In this document: piece after piece, positions 13,261 through 26,340 of the stretch | Layout of the letters: each line of letters starts with the position of its first letter | Position numbering within the stretch: position 1 is the first letter of the stretch | Source: Octopus sinensis | Lineage: Eukaryota | Direction of reading: 5' to 3' | DNA length: 64,000 bases | Assembly: GCF_006345805.1 (NCBI RefSeq) | Contig: NC_043003.1 | Coordinates: 56,544,001 to 56,608,000, forward strand | Notes under the pieces: model-generated | Seen by the model: only the letters and a program-made list of their open reading frames with translations | Database searches by the model: none | What the model was told of the DNA's origin: nothing | Program-made: the position numbers and the translations under genes

Positions 13261-13957
13261 TCTATGTGTGTCTGTATATATATATGTATATATATATATA
13301 TTATATATATATATACACACACACATATAAATATATATGGATATGCAATAAAAGTGTATATTTGTGTGTATGTAAGAATATATAAGTGCGTCTGTGTGTG
13401 CGTTTGTCCATATGGATATAATAGTCATTGTGTTGTTTGGAAATTAATTAGTCATACGTCTTCAACTCCCCCAGGCAGGATCTTGTTTAACTTGTTGAAT
13501 ATAGCGTCTTGATCTAGATTATTGCCTTTTCTCTCCGTTTGTGTACGATTTATAATGTCTAGTAAAATTTAATCACATGTTTAAAGTGCGTAATATCCAT
13601 TGCTTACTCTATGAACTTACGAAAAACTATAGTGATACAGAAGCAATAAAAATAATTGTAAATTATATTCTGATGCACTTAGTATTTGTAAATGCCACAC
13701 TCACTTTCAGAAAATTTAAAAGTGCGATTATGATTTGTACCATAAGTCTCGTTCCGAAAAATACCACTTGGGGTTACGGTATTTTGAGAGAAATTGTGAA
13801 TCGAGTCCCTGAAAATACACCAGAGATTCGAGGCACAATCTGAAAGTTTTGTCCTCAGCTGTCCGATATATTCCCACGCAAATTGGAAAAAAAATGCGCA
13901 AAAGAAACAATTTATGCTCGTGAGTTTCTGCTTAAGAATGGAACTCAATATTGCTTG

Positions 13958-15099
13958 AGTTTTATAGACAAGTCTTTAAAAATTTCTATCTTGTTTTTCA
14001 ACTTGTGTTGGTCGAACTATGTAAAATGTTAAGAGAAAAAGCCTAGCTGATTCTTGCCATACATACCAATACATATGGAAAGCAAAACATTTTTCGGGAG
14101 CCCTTCAAATTCTACTGTGGATCTCTAATTTACTATTTTGCTACGTGAATCCCCCAAATTCTTATATGGACCCCGTTTGACAAGCATTGACTTACATGAT
14201 CAAGCTGCTTTCAATAAGCATCTCGAGTAATATTCTTTAATTATTACAGAACCTAACATTTCACAACAGCACTTGATTTATTTACCGACAATCATTTTAA
14301 TAGGCGATATCATGCTGTTGATTTCTAAAGAGAAATACCACATACTTCACCGGGAATAACAATCACTCGTTTGCGAATCTCTTTCTTTCAATATAGAAGC
14401 CCCAAATACAGCAGGTTAACAAGAAAAGGAAAACAAAGTTGGTAGTTCAAACACGCAGTAAACAATCATTTCCTTATAGAGATTGTCGGGGAGCAGATGT
14501 TTGAATTTAAAATTAAGAAATAAAGAAAAAACACGCGTGCAATACACATCTCTTATCTTTTATGTTTTTTTTTGTTTCAGTCATTAGACTGCGGCCATGC
14601 TGGAGCACCGATTCGAAGAACTGTTAGTCGAAGAAATCGATCCAGTAATGTTTTATTGAATTATTATTTGTTCCTTGCTACTTACGAAGTTCTTAAAAAG
14701 AAAACAAGTATGTGGTATATCTGTTTAGAAATCAACAGCATGATATCGCCTATTAAAATGATTGTCGGTAAATAAATCATCAAATGCTGTTGTGAAATGT
14801 TAGGTTTTGTAATAATTAAAGAATATTACTCGAGATGCTTATTGAAAGCAGCTTGATCATGTTAGTCAGTGCTTGTCAAACAGGGTCCATATAAGAATTT
14901 TGGGGCTTCACGTAGCAAAATAGTAAATTAGAGATCCACAGTAGAATTTGAAGGGCTCCCGAAAAAAAATTTGCTTTACATATGTATTGGTATGTATGGC
15001 AAGAATCAGCTAGGCTTTTTTCTCTTAACATTTTACATAGTTCGACTAACACAAGTTGAAAAACAAGATAGGAATTTTGAAAGACTTGTCTATAAAACT
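13958..15099. repeat. Inverted duplication, ~390-bp arms (13958-14347 / 14706-15099), ~360-bp spacer
   Basis: Arms are reverse complements over both MITE and non-MITE flank, e.g. gcttattgaaagcagcttgatcatg vs catgatcaagctgctttcaataagc; roughly 90-95% identity by eye. Confidence 0.9.
14572..14645 (-). mobile_element. SINE family A 3' fragment
   Basis: tgtttcagtcattagactgcggccatgctggagcacc...tagtcgaagaaatcga. Confidence 0.7.
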
Positions 15100-15195
15100 A
15101 GTTTATAAACATCGAATGGCTATGGGTGTCCGCCAAAATAAAATAGTAATCAAAGGGGCCCATAGATAAAAGCAAAAAATGGTTGAGAACCATTG
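14867..15195 (+). mobile_element. hAT-like MITE (same family as 12146-12607)
   Basis: Ends cagtgcttgtcaa ... ttgagaaccattg; shared internal blocks gaatggctatggg, aaaatagt, catagataaaag. Confidence 0.7.
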
Positions 15196-15678
15196 GTGTA
15201 AATGTGGTATAACATAGGGACTACTCATTTTCAAAAACAAAAAGAAAAATGGTGTTACTCTTCAGTGTGACGATATAAGGGTTCTCTCTAAAAAGAAATG
15301 AAAAGAAAGAGACGCTCGATAGGATGGGGCAATGTTCACGACAATTGCTCAGTATTGTTGACCGCTAGATCAGATCAAAACAGCCTGAAACAGATACGAC
15401 GTTGAAAACGATATATCAAACATTCTTGATTTGAATTAGAAATAGAGACAAAAATAAATAAATAAATAAATAGATGGATAAGTAAATAACTGAATAAATA
15501 AATAAGCAAAGAAATGAAAGCAATGTTTTTATGCGAAGAATCTTAAAATTACTACTCCGTCGGTCTGTAGCCGCAAATAATGACGATGATTTTATTACTG
15601 ATAAATAGTATTTAATTAAGCTCAACTGACTTTTTCTCTCATCCTTTTGAAAATACTTAATTACTGAACACTATCCCC

Positions 15679-15722
<44 letters not shown>

Positions 15723-16483
15723 GTGTATGTGTGTGTTTATATTCACATATATACATTGACTTGCATCTATGTATTTATAGAAATACTTATATACACATAT
15801 ACACTCACATTTATATATAATTTTATTTTACCGTGATTCATGCGCATATACCTACACTTCTAATAGACATGGGTGCGTATGTATGCTTGTGATTGTGATT
15901 TCAAGATAGAAAAGTCAGACATAAATGATAAAGCAGATGCACTCACTTATCCATTGTACTCTATTACAAGTGAAGGTCATTAAAATAATCCGATATTACC
16001 AGAGGCAAGACGTTCGAAAATAAGGTATCAATTAATCAAATGTTCTACTTGTTAAGGAAGAAGTGTAAAGAAGTGATGAAGTATGGAAACAATGTTGTGG
16101 CAGGAGAGTAGTGGCAATTGTTGAGATTATATCATCTAGTAACTTTGATGTGAAGAAAAATACAAGAGAAATAAATCGTTGAAATTTTAAATTTTCGTTA
16201 GGTAAAAAATGAGTTACAGGTAAAGTAAACAACATGACATTTCATTTCACATATATCATATATCCTTTAGAATATGTTATTGAAATATAACGTGCGTTCT
16301 ATGGAGAAACGGATGCATATATCATAAATCGAATGAAGTCCTTACGATGGGGTTTCTTTCACTCTATATTTACTAGGATTCTCTACTGTAAACGTGAAAC
16401 AAACAGAAATAATAGATTGAAGAATTGAAGTTAGTCGATACTTTCAAGACTGGTGCTTTATTTTATCGACACTGAAAGGACCA

Positions 16484-16564
<81 letters not shown>

Positions 16565-16581
16565 TATATATATGCATATAT

Positions 16582-16970
16582 ATATTAATAGTTATCGCCA
16601 TACTAATATGGCAGTCTATATATATAAGACTAAAGCTGTCACTGATTAGCTCCAAGAGGCCATCGCCTCTAGCTAGCTATATGGCACACGAACCTGCGTC
16701 CATTACAACCTTCGAACAGGGGAGGTCAGTAGCGACACCTGTTGGTTCTGACTACGCTGCATTGATAAAGGGCAACAAGCCTGAAACATGTCTGCAGATG
16801 TCTGACTAGCAAGGTGAAGCGGCTGACCTCCCCTGTTCGAAGGTTGTAATGGACGCAGGTTCGTGTGTCATATAGCTAGCTAGAGGCGATGGCCTCTTGG
16901 AGATAATCAGCGACAGCTTTACTTTTATATTTATAGACTGCCATATTAGTATGGCGATAACTATTAATAT
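16582..16970. repeat. Fold-back element: 148-bp inverted arms (16582-16729 / 16823-16970) around a 93-bp spacer
   Basis: Arms are reverse complements with about 7 mismatches; left end abuts a (TA)n run. Confidence 0.95.
16757..16797 (+). ncRNA. Minimal type-I hammerhead, U3-A8 core variant
   Basis: CTGCA|TTGATAA A|GGGC aacaa GCCT|GAA ACATGT C|TGCAG: 5-bp stem I, 4-bp stem II (one G.U), palindromic stem III ACATGT, GUC site. Confidence 0.75.
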
Positions 16971-19900
16971 CCAGTAACGCTGCCGTAATCTCCTTTAGAG
17001 AGACTTAGTAATTTTAATATTTCTATCATATATATATATATTGATACACACATATACATTCATACATATATATGCGTGTATATTTTGAACATTCACGCAT
17101 ATACAGTTCTTTTTTATTTGAAATCTTGCTCGTTTGAATCATCCTCTCCTAACATCATATGATCAGTAAGAAATGCCGCCGAACCTAGCAAAAGAGGGCA
17201 TACTTATATACGTATGCGTGCATATGAATATATATGTGTGTGTGTGTGTGCGCGCCCACGTGTGTGTGTGTGAGTTAATGCATGTAGGCATGCGTATATT
17301 TATGAATGTTTCTGTGCATATGTATATTCGTGTAGTGTATTTGTGTTTGAGAGAAAGTGACACACAGAGAGACAGACAGACAAACAGAGAGACAGACCAA
17401 CAGACAGAGAGACAGAACTGATGACAGCAAGAATATGTTGCGTAATTATACCTACAGGCGTGACAAGAACCGGAAACTTGAGAATAGTTACTGCCCTTCA
17501 ATATGTCAAAAGTTGAAGAATATTACAACGAAGAAAATATCGATTGGTTGGTATGATCTTGAGTCTCTTGGTCGTACACTTTTCATATTTCACAAAAGAA
17601 ATCAAAAATTATAACGAAAAGAACAAAAAAACTCAAGTGGTTCCAACGCTAATAGGTGAGAGGTTATCTATATAAATAAAACTACATGTATTTCTATTAG
17701 GATATGGCCTCATGTGATAAACTATGTGGTTGACTGCCGTGGTGTTGGCGATGGTGATAGTCGTGGTGGTGGTGGTGGTGGTGGTGGTGGTGGTGGCAGT
17801 GTGGAGTTTGGCTGACGTAAAAATGTCCAACAGGTCATGATAAATGGCTAACAGGTCCCAATGTAACCTCGCAATTCAAATCGATATAGAATATTATGGG
17901 AAGCTAACACTGCTTCAGTGGAAATGTTTAACCTGAAAATAAATAAATAAAATAAAATAAAATAAAACTAAACCTCAATAAATTAATGAATAAACAAATA
18001 AAGCGGTATATTATTTCAGCGCGCTGACAGACGTCAGGATTATCAAGGGTGACTGCAATGGATTGTAAGTACAAAAATTATGTAACTTTTAGTAGATGTG
18101 CTGTTTTTTTTTTTAAAGGATTTGAAAGACAAGGAAAGGCGACAGGAATGGAGATTCTACAGGATCTGTATGACCGGATGAAGTTACGGACGAATATGTT
18201 GGTAACGTTAAACAATTGTCTTCGCCTTATTGTTTGCAACGACACACACACACACATACACACACACGCACACATACACATACATATACATACACACTCA
18301 CCCGATATCTAGGATGGCGTTCAGCAATGGCCGCCCCACTGGTCCGCAGAATATCGCTCACAGCCCCACTGCGAATCTCCAGCGTGCAATCAGCCTACTA
18401 TACTATCGCTACTATAATGACGCCTGTCTCTCGGAGCTGATTGCACTTGTATCATTTTGTTAAAGTTTTCCTGCAGCCTTCAGTTATATCACCCCACATA
18501 ATTCTGTGTCCAACCCACGCCCCGTTCTAACCACTACACTCATTTGTTCCTTATCAAAATATTGGTCATGCGGACGCCCTTCAGCTCCTGTCTTCCCCTT
18601 AGTTGTCTTGCAACGATTCAAAAGAACCCTTTATAACCGGAATATCTCAGATCTCAGAAAGCTTATAGAAACATGAGGTACTATATTTTCATCATACACA
18701 GTGAATATAAAAACTGTATCACTTGTTAATGTTATCTGTACATATTTTCTACAGAAATCATAGCCAACACTTATTTCGTTTCGACGTTTCGTAATCGATA
18801 CGCTTCATGTAAACAGCGATGAGATCGTGGTAAATTTGCGTATATGCCATATTTCATCTTCGATCTCATTGTGTTTAAATCAAGTGTCTCGGATATTAAA
18901 GGTCGTAACAAAATTAGTCCTGGCTATAATTTCTATATAGAATCTGTAGAGACAACCTTAACAAGTGAACCCAGTATTGATTTATAACAGTAGAACCCAG
19001 TATTGATTTACAAAAACGCTTAATATACCTTGTAATATATTATGGTTGCATAACGAAATACAGAGGCCATACAAGTCATTAATAAATGTTGAAGACCCCT
19101 CTAATTGCACAGGATAAAGAAAGTGGTATTAATTTGGGTGGCATATTATTTTCGCATACTAATATACTTCAGCGTAAAAGAACAATACTTTGTTCCACGC
19201 ACTGAGTGACAGCACAGGAACCATCATGGATAAGGTTCAATAATTGTAGACCTTGATTGCTGAAAACACTATTCTTTTCAGTTCTTCGTACTACTGATCT
19301 TCACGTTATGTTGTTTATGTTTGGTGATATTTCGATATAAACTCATCTGAAATATCTACTCAGATAGATCTGCAATCGAACACAAATATCCTCACAATTA
19401 ATGAAAGAAGCTGTTTCAATGAAAAGCGTTTAAGAGATTGCCTAACCTGCTAGAAATGACAAACAAATCACCCTCAAAACACAGCCTAAAATTTTAAAAA
19501 TATAACAAACTCACCATATAAAGTGATACAAAATAACTTGGCCCAAAATAAAAGACAAACATTTACGGCCTTGACCATCTTCAGTGGAAAGTTTTCCTTC
19601 TCTGGGTCGACTGCGCTGTTATTCAATTCGTACAATATCGAACAAAAAGGATTAATATAAACTCTTGTTACTTGTTCACTAATAGAATAGAATCTAGATT
19701 ATGCCTGGCACTGTAATCTGGTTTTTCAACGTTCTCTGCTTTCATACGACTTCAAAGTTAAATCTTCGTAGAATGGCCATCTCCAATGCTTGTAGATATT
19801 TGACAAATAATCTCCGGGGAGACTATGCTGTGATCTTCTTCATTGTGTTCAGGTATGATGAATAAACAGCTTGTTATATAAAGCTTCTCTCGTCAGTATT

Positions 19901-21066
19901 CCGACTCCAATATCTTTGTAATTTCCGATAAAGTTGTGTACGTCTTTATGAAGTATGTATGGATGTTGCGAATAGTCGTGCTGACAGAAGACTAAGAAAT
20001 AATTACATGTCTTATTGAACAACTACATTGGATGAAGTGCCTTGACTGCCGATGGAACGCTGACTACTTTCTTTCTAACTGAGTTTTACTTAGTTTGTAA
20101 CAAAACTACAGTACGTTGTTAACGATTGAGATACGAATTATAGTGATCGAAAGAGAGGAAATATGGGAAAAACGGCTAAGGTAGAAATGTGATAAACGTG
20201 TGTTATGATATGCCTGCAATATACTTGTCAACGTATGTAGAGAACAAGAAATAATTTTAATAACATATTTAAAAAGATAAGTTCAAATAGTGAGAGTAAT
20301 ACAAATGTGAAATATTTATTAATGTCAAAACAAAACTTGTTTGGTAATTTACAGTTATTCCAATTTAATCCGATTTACTGAAGACTACTAAAATCGTCCT
20401 GTTTTTTTTCTTTTCTTTCCTTTTTTTCTATTGCTAGCAAATACATTCTTGCAAAGGAATACACCAGCATGGCTTATGCAAATATTTAGGATTCTATAAT
20501 CAGCAAGAATGAAAGATGATTTCAGTTATAAGTTGATTTCTAGAAAAGGTTATAAACTTCTATTTTCAGGTCAAAGGTGATGATGAAATAGAGCAAAATT
20601 TATTAGATATTAATGTTAAAGGTTACTAAATTAATAGCGTAGATCTTATTAATATACATTAATAAGATCCAAAGCGGTGAGCTTATAAAACAAGAAACGT
20701 TTCACAAAGTGAAGACCGTCTAGTCAGTGAAAAGATAACTAGTTTACTATATTAAATGTAATTATATAAAGAAAACATAGACAGACAGTGGCTAATAAGT
20801 TCAAAACAACACGTAACCAATAAAATGCAAATATATTTTATTACTTCTATAAATGTCTTAGATTTCAGCTGTCGATTATATATATATATATGTATGTAGG
20901 TATGTATGTAATTATGTATATATGTGTGTTCGTGCGCGCTCGTGTATATGTGTGTGTGTATTTGTGTGTGTATATATGTATCTATATATGCGTGTGTGCG
21001 TGTGTGTGTGTATATATATACAGATAGATAGATAGATAGATAGATAGATCATACATACATATATAA

Positions 21067-21170
21067 AAGAGGGATTGCCACTAAGTGGGCATCCAATATG
21101 TTAGAAGTAGACTTCTAGGCTGTCTTCTACTTCTAGCATATTGGATGTCCACTTAGTGGTCATCCCTCTT
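21067..21170 (+). repeat. 104-nt hairpin, 45-bp arms, 14-nt loop
   Basis: 21067-21111 pairs with 21126-21170; 4 differences, 2 of them G.U on the + strand. Confidence 0.9.
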
Positions 21171-22244
21171 ATATGTATGGAATATAAATTTCTGAATCGA
21201 GTTGTACTCGGTGCTGCCCGCCTCCAGTACCGCAGGTAACATGTAAATCAGTAAAGCTGCCCCATGGTCGGGTTTTGGGCAACTAAAATCGTAACAAAAT
21301 CCGTCAAAGCGCGGAGGAATTCGTGCGAATCGACAGACATATTGTAATGGAGTACAAGGGTGTTTCGTTTGTGCTTGTCTGGGTTTATGTTTGTATATAC
21401 ATAACACACGTATACATACTCACAAACACATGCTCGCACGTACGAACTCTTCCTATATTATATACACAATTAATCGTATGCCGTTCTGTCTACAATCCCT
21501 GCATAATTGCTGGTACTGGAAACCACAATTTACATTCATCTTATGGCGTAATATAACACCACGTACTAAGAAAATTTCTCATTGACGAAAGACAGACAAT
21601 TGAAAATAAGGTTCGTATTCTATATAGCCGCACAGATACACATAGGTTTAGAGAGACAAACTTAGAGCATAGAAGTCTTACATACGTATGCAAAATATAC
21701 ATTTCTAAGTCAGAATGTTATATAGTTCGAATTGCAAATTTGCGTGGATATTTACATTGGGGCAAAATACAGGCTCGGACACAAAAATTCACACATAGAG
21801 AAATTACCACAACAAATTTACAAGACAATCAGGCATCTACAAGTATACATTGCCCCTGATATACAAAACAAGCGTGATAGTAATGAGTGGGAGATGTTAC
21901 TGATGGTCAAACTTAATCCCAGCCAGTGTATATGATGCAAAGTTACCTTTCTTCGTTTATTTGTATGACAGGAAATATACCGTCTTTAAGCCATTTACTG
22001 AGGTCAGTCTACCTTCTAGAAATAGCAGAGGAATCACTCTATCATCACATTATCAGCAATAGACCAGTAAATTCGCACATTTCATATTCTCTGTATCGTT
22101 AAACAGTGTCACAGAATGACAGTTATCAAATTACTGGCACGGGTAAAAGAATTGAGATTTATGTTTATATATTTCTATGAGGGTTTATATTTGTGCTGCA
22201 ATGTAGAAGCTCATAAGATGCTTGTTTTTTGCCTTGACATATAT

Positions 22245-22293
<49 letters not shown>

Positions 22294-22302
22294 ATTCATA
22301 TA

Positions 22303-22510
22303 GTTTGTCCCCAACCATTGCTTGACAACCGATATTGGTGTGTTTACGTCCCCGTAAACTTGCGGTGTGTCAAAAGCAACGGAGAAAATAAGTACTAGAC
22401 TTACAAAGAATAACTCAGTCCTAGGGTAGAATTGTTTGACTAAAGGTGGTGCTCCAGCCTGGCCTTAGTCAAATGACTGAAACAAGTAAAAGAATAAGAG
22501 AATAAAAGAG
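22303..22510 (+). mobile_element. SINE family A 3' half
   Basis: cttgacaaccgatattggtgtgtttacgtccccg...ggtgctccagcctggccttagtcaaatgactgaaacaagtaaaagaataagag. Confidence 0.85.
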
Positions 22511-22599
22511 TATATATACAATTGCAGCGTGGAAGGTGTTTATAAGCCATTTAAGAAACACACAAAAGCCGTTCGATTCACTTCAACATTTAAGTTTAA

Positions 22600-22649
22600 T
22601 TTGTCAAAATATTTTCGTCGCTAAAATCCGCGACCTGTTCACTGACAAA
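22600..22649 (-). ncRNA. Minimal type-I hammerhead, G3-C8 core variant (left arm)
   Basis: Minus strand TTTGTCA|GTGAACA G|GTCGC ggatttta GCGAC|GAA AATATT T|TGACAAA. Confidence 0.7.
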
Positions 22650-22659
22650 AATCCGGATT

Positions 22660-22709
22660 TTTGTCAGTGAACAAGTCGCAGATTTTAGCGACGAAAATAT
22701 TTTGACAAA
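22660..22709 (+). ncRNA. Minimal type-I hammerhead, G3-C8 core variant (right arm)
   Basis: TTTGTCA|GTGAACA A|GTCGC agatttta GCGAC|GAA AATATT T|TGACAAA: 7-bp stem I, 5-bp stem II, palindromic stem III, UUU site. Confidence 0.7.
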
Positions 22710-23684
22710 TTAAACTTAAATGTTGAAGTGAATCGAACGGCTTTTGTGTGTTTCTTAAATGGCTTATAAACACCTTCCACGCTGCAATTGTTTTCGTTTC
22801 AGCACACGATCTCAGATCAAATTACTTGCTATGCGAGTACATCTCCGTAAAGAGTATATATATATATATATATATATATATCTTTTACCTATGTATATAT
22901 GAGTGTGTGTGTGTGTGTGTTCAAGACTTCGTGTGTTCCAACAGATCCGATCAATGGACAGAATTTGTCACGGGTAGCCGTTTGTATTATAGGTACATCT
23001 CAGGTTTGACAGTTCAGTGGATCAGAGGAACGTAAAATAAAGTACCTTTATCAAGGACAGAACGTGTCGGCGCGAAAGGTGCAGAGCCGACTCCTCCATG
23101 TTTTCAAATACACGAATCGAACATTTAACCAGCTGGTTGCAAAAGAAAATTTACAAAACAGAGTTGTATTTGTTGTTGTGGTCGCCTGAAATAAAACTGT
23201 AATATTAAAAGTCTAATTGAAATGGCTGAATGATTTCAAATAGAATGGACATATGGTTGAAAAGTTGCGGGAAATGTTTTGTAGAACAATTTGCATACCA
23301 GCATACTATCGTTATATGTTTCAAACTCAAAAAGCGTGTTCCACTGGAGTATCATAATCAGTGAGCCATGCCTCATTTCTATAAGTGGAACATAATTCAT
23401 AGCTATATTATTTCAAACGTAAATGCTTTACTGTATTAACTAAATCTGTGATGTCTGTTCTATCTTCAGAAGTTTCCGTTTTAGTGGAGTGGGAACGGGC
23501 AAAAATTTCTTTCTATTTTGGTTGAGAAGCAAAGGGAGTTGTAGAGAGAGGAGGAGAGGAGGAGAGGTAAAGAGAGTAGAAAAGAAGAGAGCATATTACA
23601 GATGCAAGGACAAAAGTATAGAAAATATTTTGTATAAAATTCTTCACTTTCTACGATTATTTCCTTAAATTCAGTAAGTACGTC

Positions 23685-23748
<64 letters not shown>

Positions 23749-24704
23749 TTTATACTTATACACAAACACACAGACACACACACAACTACGCATGCACTCA
23801 TACACATATATCCATACGTACAAACATGCACACATACATACACAAACATATATGTGTGTGTCTGTGTGTGTGAACGTATGGCTGTGTCTGTGTCTTAGTA
23901 AATTTAAGAATGTATGCTTGTCATTGGGCACATATGTTAATGAATATTTGTATGTTTTAGTGTGAGTCTATTTGCATATGCAGTTTTTGCTCTCTATTTC
24001 TCCTTTGGAACGACTTTGGAACGATTTTACTGAAGAAGGAAATAAAAATCTTTTCTATTTCTAAATTCTGATCTTTCTAAGTTAACAACATTCCAAGGCT
24101 TGTGTCATATTTTTGCATTCGGCAATAAAGACAAAACCCGTCATCAACCAAAAATCCTTTCCTTTCCATTCTCTTTCATGCTGATTCAAAATATTTTGAT
24201 TGAATCCATTCCTAAGTACGTTTCAAAATTAAACCCATAATATATTGGTTGAGCAATTTATGACGCTATCACGTCCGGGGTTACTCGTAACAACATTTCC
24301 CCCAGGTATAGAGTGAACAAACATAAGCTGTGCATGTGGAGTTGAATGTACAAATGTATTAAGAAGGTCGATGTGACTAAAGTCAGACATTCGTTTTTAT
24401 TTAGTTACACACAATAATCTGATCATCTAGCGATCTAGTGAAAATAAAGCAGAATGAACAAGCTGTAATGCCTCCATGGAGTAATAAAATAAACCAAAAC
24501 AAAAAAAAAACTCTTGTGGGAGGTACAGAAAATGTAGGAACAGAGATGAATGAGAATAGAGAACAAATATGTCAGTAAATCTGGGTTCTGAGTGCAGGGC
24601 ATTTGCTTGTTAACAACATTAATGAGTCTCGTGATCATTCAAGTAAGAATACAATAACGCACACACACACATACAGTATTATTTATATGTGGGTGTATTT
24701 GTGC

Positions 24705-24760
<56 letters not shown>

Positions 24761-24769
24761 TTATAACAA

Positions 24770-25002
24770 AATATAAAATGGGACAAGGACGCAAAATATC
24801 CAGAAGACGATACAAAAAACACGGACGGGTCATTCGAAGCCTTTAATCTTCAGTCAAGAACCGGATCATCCTCGCAATTTCGGCTGATTAAACCAAGGTA
24901 AGAGCATTAGATTCCTTGGAAAAAAGCTTCGAATGTATATGAAACAAGGACGGAAAAACGGACGATGTTACACGAATATAAATACAATAATAATACGAAC
25001 GC

Positions 25003-25008
<6 letters not shown>
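24770..25008. mobile_element. Short repeat-like insert between two (TA)n runs, possibly a PLE terminal-repeat derivative
   Basis: Non-repetitive sequence with two internal IR pairs (cattcgaagc/gcttcgaatg; ccaagg/ccttgg) embedded in TA microsatellite like the other PLE ends. Confidence 0.3.
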
Positions 25009-25060
<52 letters not shown>

Positions 25061-26123
25061 TATATATATATGAATATATGTATGTATATGTATGCATGTA
25101 TGTAGGTAAGTATGAATTTACAGATGGCCTTGTGCAGAGTTTCTGTTTTACGAAAGCTGCGCACATTATATTAATCTTTCCGAGCCTAAAAAAAAATCAA
25201 TTTATTGGTATACAAAAACCGTCCCTACACTACTATTTCTGGTAGAGACGTGTTTGTTAACAAATACTGCTACAAATTAGGCCTCTTCCGTTTTAAGAAA
25301 CTGTACCGGAGCTAGAATATTTCCTTGTTGAATTTCGCCATTTTCCAGAGATTCTAAGCCGATATCTCATTACCAAAGTAATGTGCAAGAGCATTGTAGC
25401 ACTCAGGCAGACCGACCCTTTCATAAGTTGGTAAGAAAAATCCACTAAATGGACAGTCGTCTGTTCCATAGCAGGCATTCTAAACAAATTATCAATCCCA
25501 GAACTGACAAGGATCTCCACAACGCTTTTGTTAAAATCTCTTCAACTTTTATCCATCCAGATGAGATACTTTTGACTGAATTAGCGACATATAACGCTCT
25601 TTTCGTACGATAGTAACTTCATTACACTTGCAGATCCAATATCATTTCAAAATCGGCTGCTAATGTAGCTGCAGGTCTTATATGTCAGCGAAAATCCTTT
25701 ATTTATGTTATCTGCTCTTATGAGCAACTTCAAAGTGTTCTCTGACGCCCCTGATTCGGATATTGCTATGTATATGTGTAGACAGGAATGTAGTAATATA
25801 TTTCTCATAATCGTGGCTTCTTTCCTGAGTATATCGTTTAACTTGTTCAACGAAGTAAAGCGTACGAAGACGAGATATCGTTATCTCTACTGACTCAAAC
25901 TTTAACTTTGCACATATTGAATTACCTATGATATTTTATTGTTACCACATACTCACTTTATGTGCTTTGTTTACATGCTCCTTTCCTGCGGGATAGCATC
26001 CGGCGAAATGTGTCTTTAAGAAGGTGGGTGTTGAAAATTATCGAATAAGGAGCACATAAGCAAAACATACGCAAAATATGTGGTGTAAATAATGTTTGCA
26101 TTATTAGAGTTGCTGCTTATGAA

Positions 26124-26340
26124 GATGGCGAGCTGACACAATTGTTAGCACGCTGGACGAAATGCTTAGGCGTATTTTGCAGGTCGCTACGATCTGAGTT
26201 AAAATTCCGCTGAGGTCGACTTTGCCTTTCATCCTTTCTGAGTCGAGAAATTAGGTACTAGTGAAACATTGTTGTCGATGTAATCGACTGATCACTTTCT
26301 TCAAAATTTCAGGCCTTGTGCCTATAGTACAAGGATTATT
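26124..26340 (+). mobile_element. tRNA-derived SINE, family B
   Basis: ggcgagctgacacaattgttagcacgctggacgaaatgcttag...gaggtcgactttgcctttcatcctttc; matches the reverse complement of 60196-60423. Confidence 0.85.

Larger units (their letters stand above)
22518..22791. repeat. 274-bp near-perfect palindrome with no spacer (centre 22654/22655)
   Basis: acaattgcagc...aaaaatcc|ggattttt...gctgcaattgt; 2 mismatches. Confidence 0.97.

Noticed and set aside
18300-18600. GC-richer segment with a faint L1/Tx1 endonuclease resemblance (LLNAILDI)
   Set aside because: Only one weak motif and many stops
18778-18830. Minus-strand GTA..TAC GAAACGTC hammerhead-like 3' half
   Set aside because: No CUGANGA or compensated equivalent upstream
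19680-19920. Possible RTE C-terminal relic (YLQALEMAILRRF) or a + strand exon ending CAG|GTATGA
   Set aside because: The two readings conflict and neither is convincing by eye
20569-20628. Short exon candidate VKGDDEIEQNLLDINVK after tattttcag
   Set aside because: Weak donor, no partner exons, too short to assess
24846-24882. GAAA followed by CTGAAGA on the minus strand (type-II hammerhead order)
   Set aside because: Stem I does not pair and stem III is weak in this copy
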